Shown piece by piece: positions 55,800-64,000 of a stretch of 64,000 bases of DNA (position 1 is its first letter; the number at the start of each line of letters is the position of its first letter). The DNA is from an uncultured Anaerolineales bacterium (lineage in GTDB: Bacteria; Chloroflexota; Anaerolineae; B4-G1; SLSP01). The stretch is from contig CAZDSF010000009.1 in the NCBI GenBank assembly GCA_964508025.1, forward strand, positions 7,310-71,309, read 5' to 3'. The notes beneath the pieces were generated by a model, which was given only the letters and a program-made list of their open reading frames with translations, searched no databases and was not told where the DNA came from. The translations under genes and the position numbers were made by a program.

Positions 55800-57032
55800 T
55801 TATTTGCGGCTCACGACCACCCGCTCGATGAAGTCCGCGCCGCGCAGCAGCCCCAACGCGCCCGCTTTGACGCTCTCCTCATCATAATGCTGCACCGCAT
55901 CCGGCGCGTGACGGGGATCGCGGATGGCAACGGGCACTGCGCCGTGGACGTGGTTGCCCGCAGCGACTGGCGTGGGGTGGTCGGGCAGCACGGCGACGAT
56001 GGTCTCCTCCAGCTGTGGCCCCAGGCCGGCGAGCACCCGCTGGATCAACCGGCGGTCGAGGTCTTCGATGCAGCGGAGCTTGAGGGGCAGATCGCGCGCG
56101 TGCCCCGCTTCATCGGGCGCTTCGACGTGGACGTAGACCAGATCATAGTCCTCCAATGCCGCCAGCGCGGCATCGGCTTTGCCCTCGTAGTTGGTGTCGG
56201 CAAGGCCCGTGGCCCCCTCCACCGGAATCACGTCCATCCCTGCGTAGATGCCCAACCCCTTGATGAGATCCACCGCCGTGATGACCGCCCCGCGCACGCC
56301 AAAGCGCTCCTGAAACGTCGCCATCTGCGGGCGGCGTCCCGGCGACCAGGGCCAGAGTGCGTTCCCGGGCTGCTGCCCCGCAGCGCTGCGGGCCGCGTTC
56401 AGCGGATGCGCCGCCAAAAACGCCTGCGATTCCGCAATGAGGCGGTTGAGCAGGTCGGCGGTAACGGCGGCTTCCGGCGACAGGGGCTTCACGAGCAAGT
56501 CGGCGATGGCCTCGCCTACGTGATCGTGCGGCGGTGCACATTCCAGGCGCGGATCGCCGCCCGGAACGACAAGCAGATGCCGGTAGCTCAGGCCCGGCGT
56601 CAGACGCAGCGGCCAGTCGCGGAAATGCGCCTGCAAATCGCGGATGAGCGCGTGCGCTTCCTCGTTGCTGATGTGGCCCGCCGAATGGCTGCGAATGCGC
56701 CCTGCTTCCACGCAGATGAGGTTCACGCGCATGGCGACGTCGTCGGGCGCGAGCATCACGCCGAGGCTGGCGGCTTCCAGCACGCCGCGCCCCTGGTACA
56801 CCGCGCGCGGATCATAGCCCAGCACCGTGAGGTTGGCGATCTCCGAGCCGGGCGGCAGGTCATCCTCCACGGTGAGAAACAACCCGGTGCGCCCCTCGCG
56901 GGCCAGGCGATCCATGGCGGGCGTGTGCGCCGCCATCAGGGGCGTGCGGCCATCGAGCGCGGGGATGGGGAAATCTGCCATCCCGTCGCCAAGGATGATG
57001 AGCGTTTTCAAGGGATTTGTGCTTTCAGCCAT
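55800..57032 (-). CDS. Cofactor-independent phosphoglycerate mutase family protein, archaeal apgM type (PGM-like alkaline-phosphatase superfamily)
   Basis: LIILGDGMAD...TPLMAAHTPAMD signature. Adjacent to thrC (see finding). Confidence 0.7.
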   Translation of the reverse strand: MAESTNPLKTLIILGDGMADFPIPALDGRTPLMAAHTPAMDRLAREGRTGLFLTVEDDLPPGSEIANLTVLGYDPRAVYQGRGVLEAASLGVMLAPDDVAMRVNLICVEAGRIRSHSAGHISNEEAHALIRDLQAHFRDWPLRLTPGLSYRHLLVVPGGDPRLECAPPHDHVGEAIADLLVKPLSPEAAVTADLLNRLIAESQAFLAAHPLNAARSAAGQQPGNALWPWSPGRRPQMATFQERFGVRGAVITAVDLIKGLGIYAGMDVIPVEGATGLADTNYEGKADAALAALEDYDLVYVHVEAPDEAGHARDLPLKLRCIEDLDRRLIQRVLAGLGPQLEETIVAVLPDHPTPVAAGNHVHGAVPVAIRDPRHAPDAVQHYDEESVKAGALGLLRGADFIERVVVSRK

Positions 57033-57111
57033 CGCGTTCTCCTGTTGGGAAGTCGGGCAGTCGCGTGCTCTCATAGTTCTGTAGTCGGTGAGCGGGCGCC
57101 TGGCTATTCAA

Positions 57112-58440
57112 CTACCTCACTATTAGACGATCAATCGCCGCGCTGACCGCGCCGTACTCGGCGGGGAGTTCCACGGGCGGATTGGCGTAGCGCGGGGCGA
57201 CGCCGGCAAGCGTCCGGTCGTGATAGCCCACCTTGAAATCCGTGAACTTGAGTCCGTGCGCCGTGGAGATGACGACGACGCGCTCATGCGCCTTGATGAC
57301 GCCCCGCGCGACGAGCTTCTCCAGTGCGGCGAGCGCGACGCCCGTGTGCGGGCAGGTGTACAGCCCGCTTCGATCCGCGCGGGCGGCGGCGTTGGCGAGC
57401 TCGTCCTCCGTCGCCTGCTCCACCACGCCATCGAAGGCGCGCAGCGTCTTGACCGCGCGCTCGTAGCTCACGGGATCTCCGATCTGGATGGCGCTTGCCA
57501 GCGTCTTCTGCGCCTTGACGGGACGGTATTCCGCAAAGCCGGTCTGGAAGCTGAGGTAGAGGGGATTGGCGTGGGCGGCCTGGGCGCAGGCGATGCGCGG
57601 CAGCCGCTCGATGAGGCCCAGGTCGCGCAGCAACAGCAGGCCCTTGCCGAGCGCGCTCACGTTGCCCAGGTTCCCGGCGGGAATGATGAACCAATCGGGG
57701 ACATCCCAACCGAGCTGCTGGACAACCTCGATGGCGACGGTTTTCTGCCCCTCGATGCGCAGGGAGTTCATGGAATTTGCCAGGTAGATGGTGGGATCGT
57801 GGGTGAGCTGCTGGACGATGCGCATACAACCATCGAAGTCGGCATCCAGCGCCAGCACCAGCGCGCCGTTGGCGATGGGCTGCGCCAGCTGCGCCGTGGA
57901 GATCTTCCCCTTGGGCAGGAGGATGACGGTAGGCAGGCCCGCCGCCGCGCCGTAGGCCGCCAGCGCGGCGGAAGTGTCGCCTGTGGACGCGCACGCCACC
58001 GCGCGGATGGGTTTGCCATCCGCGACCATCTGCTTCACCACGGAGATGAGCACGGTCATCCCCAAATCCTTGAACGAGCCGGTATGGCTGTTGCCGCAAA
58101 GCTTGATCCACAGCTCCGGCGCGCCGAGCTCGCGTCCCAGGCGCGGAGCGGGAAAAAGATGTGTGTGCCCTTCGGCCATGGAGACAATGTTCTCGTCGGA
58201 CACTTGCGGGCAGACCCATTCCTTCTTGCCCCAGACGCCGCTGCCGTAGGGCAACTGCGGCGCGCGCGCCCGCGCCTCGAAGAGCGCCTTCCATTCAGCC
58301 GCGCTGCGATCCTGAAGCGCCGCGACAGCGTGCGTCACATCAAGCAAGCCGCCGCAGTCCTCACAGCGGTAGATCACATCGTAGATGCTGTAGCGGCGTC
58401 CGCAGCCGCGCACACATTCGAGCCAGCTGTGATAGGGCAT
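57112..58440 (-). CDS. thrC: Threonine synthase
   Basis: PLP-lysine motif [11 protein letters not shown], an N-terminal Zn-ribbon-like CxxC...CxxC, and a PLP fold type II core. Confidence 0.8.
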   Translation of the reverse strand: MPYHSWLECVRGCGRRYSIYDVIYRCEDCGGLLDVTHAVAALQDRSAAEWKALFEARARAPQLPYGSGVWGKKEWVCPQVSDENIVSMAEGHTHLFPAPRLGRELGAPELWIKLCGNSHTGSFKDLGMTVLISVVKQMVADGKPIRAVACASTGDTSAALAAYGAAAGLPTVILLPKGKISTAQLAQPIANGALVLALDADFDGCMRIVQQLTHDPTIYLANSMNSLRIEGQKTVAIEVVQQLGWDVPDWFIIPAGNLGNVSALGKGLLLLRDLGLIERLPRIACAQAAHANPLYLSFQTGFAEYRPVKAQKTLASAIQIGDPVSYERAVKTLRAFDGVVEQATEDELANAAARADRSGLYTCPHTGVALAALEKLVARGVIKAHERVVVISTAHGLKFTDFKVGYHDRTLAGVAPRYANPPVELPAEYGAVSAAIDRLIVR

Positions 58441-58503
58441 GGGAAACCTCCTTACAATGAGAGGCTGAGGGCTGAAACATTCCTAGTGACCAAACTGAAT
58501 TCC

Positions 58504-59499
58504 TCAAGCCGGATAGGGAATCAAGCCCACGATGGAATGGGGGACGTAGGGTTCTTCCATGAACGCGATCTCTTCGGGCGTCAATTGAATTGAGAGCGCT
58601 CCAACCGCGCTTTCGAGATGCGAGAGTTTCGTTGCGCCGATAATGGGGGCCACGACTGGGTCTTTGTGCAACAACCAGGCCAGGGCGATATGAGCGCGAG
58701 GGACGCCGCGTTTTTCCGCGACTTCAGCCAGTCGCGCCACCACCTGTTGATCGGCTTGTGCGGCGGCGTCGTATTTACTCCTGGCGATGGGGTCGGTTTC
58801 CAACCGCCGGGTTGCCTCCGTCGAATCCCGCGCCAATCTACCCGATGCCAGCGGGCTGTAGGGCGTCACGGCAATTTTTTCCTCTCGACATAGCGGCAGC
58901 ATTTCCCTTTCCTCTTCGCGGTAGATGAGGTTCAAGTGATTCTGCATCGAGACAAAGCGCGTCCAGCCGTTTCTTTCCGCCACATACAGCGCCTTCTGGA
59001 ACTGCCAGGCGTACATCGCCGAAGCGCCGATATATCTGACCTTGCCCGCTTTCACCACATCGTGCAACGCAGCCATCGTCTCTTCTATCGGGGTATTGTA
59101 GTCCCACCGATGGATGAGGTAAAGGTCCACGTAATCCGTGCCCAGGCGGTTGAGGCTGTGGTCAATTTCGCTCATAATGGCTTTTCTGGAAAGGCCGGCG
59201 CCGTTGGGCCCTTCGCGCATCTTGCCGTGGACTTTGGTGGCGATCACGACTTCATCCCGGTTGGCGAAATCCTTGAGCGCGCGTCCCAGGATTTCCTCGC
59301 TTGCGCCGTAGGCATAGACGTTGGCCGTATCGAAGAAATTGATTCCCAAATCCAGCGCTGCTCTGATGATCGAACGGCTATCTTCCTCGTTGAGCGCCCA
59401 GGGGTTGTGAACCCAGCCCTCCGCCGCGCCAAAACTCATACAACCGAGACAAATTCGTGAGACATCCAATCCGGTGTTGCCGAGTTTTACGTAGTTCAT
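58504..59499 (-). CDS. Aldo/keto reductase (AKR, YhdN/Tas-like)
   Basis: MNYVKLGNTGLDVSRICLGCMSFG start and AKR motifs; RBS present. Confidence 0.8.
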   Translation of the reverse strand: MNYVKLGNTGLDVSRICLGCMSFGAAEGWVHNPWALNEEDSRSIIRAALDLGINFFDTANVYAYGASEEILGRALKDFANRDEVVIATKVHGKMREGPNGAGLSRKAIMSEIDHSLNRLGTDYVDLYLIHRWDYNTPIEETMAALHDVVKAGKVRYIGASAMYAWQFQKALYVAERNGWTRFVSMQNHLNLIYREEEREMLPLCREEKIAVTPYSPLASGRLARDSTEATRRLETDPIARSKYDAAAQADQQVVARLAEVAEKRGVPRAHIALAWLLHKDPVVAPIIGATKLSHLESAVGALSIQLTPEEIAFMEEPYVPHSIVGLIPYPA

Positions 59500-59569
59500 A
59501 TCTGATCTCCTACATGAGTTGCTGTGCATGTGAGGGTTCTTTTGGTTCGGACATCCCATATCGCCCTTG

Positions 59570-60840
<1,271 letters not shown>

Positions 60841-60870
60841 ATTCTCCTTAATCCTGGCACCGTCGTGGGT

Positions 60871-61857
<987 letters not shown>

Positions 61858-61941
61858 TCAAACCACTGAGACGCGGAGATCACGGAGAGAATCCTAAAAA
61901 AAACTCTGTGCCCTCTGTGTCTCCGTAGTGAAACCTTTTCT

Positions 61942-62133
61942 TTATGCACATTCACAGCATTGGGGCTGTAGGAGCAGTGCGCGGCGGCGTTTGCCAGGAC
62001 ACGCTTGTTTACACGCGCGAACTGTTTTTTCATCCACACCCGCATTCCGGCGTGGAATGGCGCGAAGGCGTTGCGCTTCTGCTTCGCGTTCGACCCGTAA
62101 CGTCAATTGAATCAAGGGAATGACGGGATTCAT
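61942..62133 (-). CDS. Possible small Cys-rich protein (63 aa)
   Basis: ATG 7 nt after GGAGG. C-terminal CKQACPGKRRRALLLQPQCCECA. Divergent from the AraC-type regulator. Status as a real gene is uncertain. Confidence 0.2.
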   Translation of the reverse strand: MNPVIPLIQLTLRVEREAEAQRLRAIPRRNAGVDEKTVRACKQACPGKRRRALLLQPQCCECA

Positions 62134-62340
62134 GACCTACCTCCGATGATGAATTCTTCTCTATCTCAATTACCTATCTCAAATCTTGAATGTAGTATAG
62201 CACATTCGATCGGAGTACAGTATAATAATTCTCCCAGATCATTGTACAATCCTGCAAACATGGTCGAAAACTGTACAGAAATGCACGGGGCTATGCTATA
62301 ATATGAGCCACGATTGAATGGGTGAAACGGGAGGCGCAAA

Positions 62341-63312
62341 GTGAATGGTGTTACTGCTTTGGATTGGGTAAACGCGCCGCTGGCAACGCTGGCTGCGCAG
62401 CGGGAACAGGCCAACAGAACCGAGTTGATCGAGCGTATCATGCGCGCCGTCCGCGAGGATGGCAGAATAGAGCCGCTCAAGGGGTTGCGGCTCAACCGCG
62501 CTTCTGCGCCTACCGCGCTGACCCACGGCGTCTCTGATCCGGCCTTCTGCGTGATCGCGCAGGGCAGCAAGGAGGTCTTCCTGGGCGATGAACGCTATCA
62601 GTACGATCCGATGCACTATCTGCTTGCCACCGCCGAGTTGCCAGTGGTGAGCCACGTCATCGAAGCGTCACCAAAGCGCCCCTACTTAAGTCTGATGGTA
62701 CAGCTCGATCCAGCCCTGGTCAGCGCCGTGATGGTCGAGGCCGGCCATCTCGCGCCGCGCAGCTATGCCAACGTGCGCGCCATAGATGTCAGCCCGCTGA
62801 ACGCCGATTTGCTGGATGCTGTGGTGCGGTTGGTTAGATTGTTGGATACCCCTACTGAAGCGCCTTTCCTTGCGCCCCTGATCACGCGGGAAATCGTCTA
62901 CCAGCTCCTGCGCGGGGAGCAGGGCGACCGACTTTGCTACATCGCGCTGCAGGGCGGGCATACCCACCACATTGCCAAAGCGATTGCCTATCTCCGTAAG
63001 GAATACGCCCAGCCGTTGCGGATTGAGGCGATTGCGCGTGAGTTTGGCATGAGCGCATCGAGCTTTCACCATCACTTCAAGGCCGTCACCGCGATGAGCC
63101 CCTTGCAGTTCCAGAAGCAGATACGACTTCAGGAGGCGCGCCGGTTGATGCTCAGCGAAAACCTCGATGCAGCCAGCGCCGCCTATCGCGTGGGGTACAA
63201 CGACCCGGCCTATTTCAATCGGGAGTACAAAAAGCTCTTTGACTTGCCGCCGTTGAGCGATGTGAAGCGACTGCGAGAATCCGCAATCACGAGCATGGAA
63301 AACCGTTCATAG
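62341..63312 (+). CDS. AraC-family transcriptional regulator (cupin-like N-domain + AraC HTH)
   Basis: C-terminal IEAIAREFGMSASSFHHHFKAVTAMSPLQFQKQIRLQEARRLM; GTG start. Confidence 0.75.
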   Translation: MNGVTALDWVNAPLATLAAQREQANRTELIERIMRAVREDGRIEPLKGLRLNRASAPTALTHGVSDPAFCVIAQGSKEVFLGDERYQYDPMHYLLATAELPVVSHVIEASPKRPYLSLMVQLDPALVSAVMVEAGHLAPRSYANVRAIDVSPLNADLLDAVVRLVRLLDTPTEAPFLAPLITREIVYQLLRGEQGDRLCYIALQGGHTHHIAKAIAYLRKEYAQPLRIEAIAREFGMSASSFHHHFKAVTAMSPLQFQKQIRLQEARRLMLSENLDAASAAYRVGYNDPAYFNREYKKLFDLPPLSDVKRLRESAITSMENRS

Positions 63313-63423
63313 AGAGTTGTGCGCAGGCGCCCATTTCCTCACCGTTTATGGTTTCCCACATCATCTTTAGCGGTCGTTGCATTTCTACGATTTTCATTTA
63401 TAATCAAGCATAGATATATTTGA

Positions 63424-63777
63424 ATGTATCAACCCACAAGGAACTCCATGCCCGCTATCACCGAAGAAGAAGCCGTTTTGCTGCATCGCTACATCTGCGA
63501 AGGGGTGGGCGATCCCAAGCGCCTGCGCCTGCTCTACCTGGTTGCTGAACACCCCTGCAAAGTCTCCGATCTCACGGAACTGCTGGGCGTTGCCCAGCCC
63601 ACCGTCTCCCATCACCTGCGCATCCTGCGCGACCGGGGCCTGGTAGAGGCGCGCAAGGAAGGGACGACGGTGTATTACTCCCTCAGCCATCCCCGCATCC
63701 TCGAAGCCCTGGATATGATGCGCGCTATCGTGGCGCAGTTCTTGGCGGAGGGAGCGCAAGTATTGAGTAATTCGTAA
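63424..63777 (+). CDS. ArsR/SmtB-family transcriptional regulator
   Basis: KRLRLLYLVAEHPCKVSDLTELLGVAQPTVSHHLRILRDRGLV (winged HTH). The start may be the M at 63448. Confidence 0.8.
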   Translation: MYQPTRNSMPAITEEEAVLLHRYICEGVGDPKRLRLLYLVAEHPCKVSDLTELLGVAQPTVSHHLRILRDRGLVEARKEGTTVYYSLSHPRILEALDMMRAIVAQFLAEGAQVLSNS

Positions 63778-63916
63778 TGCGTACTGCGTAATGCGTACTG
63801 CGTAATGGGCAGAATCCCGCCCTATCGCTTTCTCGCTGACTCGTTGATTCGCTGATTTGCTGATTTTTTGATTTGCTGATTTTTTGATTTGCTGATTTTT
63901 TGATTTGCTGATTTTA
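63774..63916. repeat. Tandem repeats: 14-bp unit GTAATGCGTACTGC x2.5 (63774-63808) and 16-bp unit TGATTTGCTGATTTTT x4 (63853-63916)
   Basis: Read directly from the sequence. Located between the arsR stop and the next gene's RBS. Confidence 0.85.
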
Positions 63917-63929
63917 TCGGGAGGACACA

Positions 63930-64000
63930 ATGGCTAAACTGTCTGAAGCACAAACAACCTGGTTGGAAGGCGTCTTTGGCGACCGCTTCACCACCCGCCC
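63930..64000 (+). CDS. 5' end of a gene (MAKLSEAQTTWLEGVFGDRFTTR...), truncated by the window edge
   Basis: RBS GGGAGG 7 nt upstream of the ATG. Confidence 0.4.
   Translation, partial: MAKLSEAQTTWLEGVFGDRFTTR

Noticed and set aside
50452-55800. Searched for a CRISPR array or cas1/cas2/cas10 next to the RAMP operon, and across all intergenic gaps of the window
   Set aside because: No 25-40-bp direct repeats with unique spacers anywhere; only the 14/16-bp microsatellites at 63.8 kb. The absence is itself reported as part of the finding.
63394-63930. 178-aa ORF antisense to the ArsR gene and running through the tandem repeats
   Set aside because: It overlaps a well-supported ArsR gene and simple repeats. 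Low-complexity translation.

Overview
High-GC bacterial chromosomal segment (gene content and style resemble Chloroflexota-like organisms; no taxon can be assigned from sequence alone). About 50 protein genes can be supported. Housekeeping genes: cysS, rlmB, tRNA-Asn, mraZ-ftsZ, sufC-sufB(intein)-sufD, dnaE, asnS, sufS-sufU, cdaA-cdaR, argF, tdh/kbl, thrC. Several accessory patches are interleaved: (i) 3.9-13.6 kb: an IS630-family transposase fragment and an AT-rich patch, then a small membrane protein, a giant NACHT/STAND-NTPase-TPR protein (~2250 aa, ~45-50 TPRs) and a caspase-fold (C25-like) peptidase. (ii) 15.5-19.1 kb: a chimeric 2x GH-A TIM-barrel + 2x C39-like peptidase protein that contains an 825-bp internal tandem duplication. 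(iii) 49.2-55.8 kb: two toxin-antitoxin modules (one nucleotidyltransferase gene carries an in-frame TAG), followed by a 3-gene operon whose 1074-aa product is a fusion of three RAMP (Cas7-like) domains, with a Zn-ribbon protein and a small RAMP-like protein. No CRISPR array and no cas1, cas2 or cas10 are present anywhere in the window. (iv) A ~95-bp structured leader element recurs four times, each directly upstream of a start codon, with compensatory stem changes. Many long antisense ORFs in the six-frame track are high-GC artefacts and were rejected.
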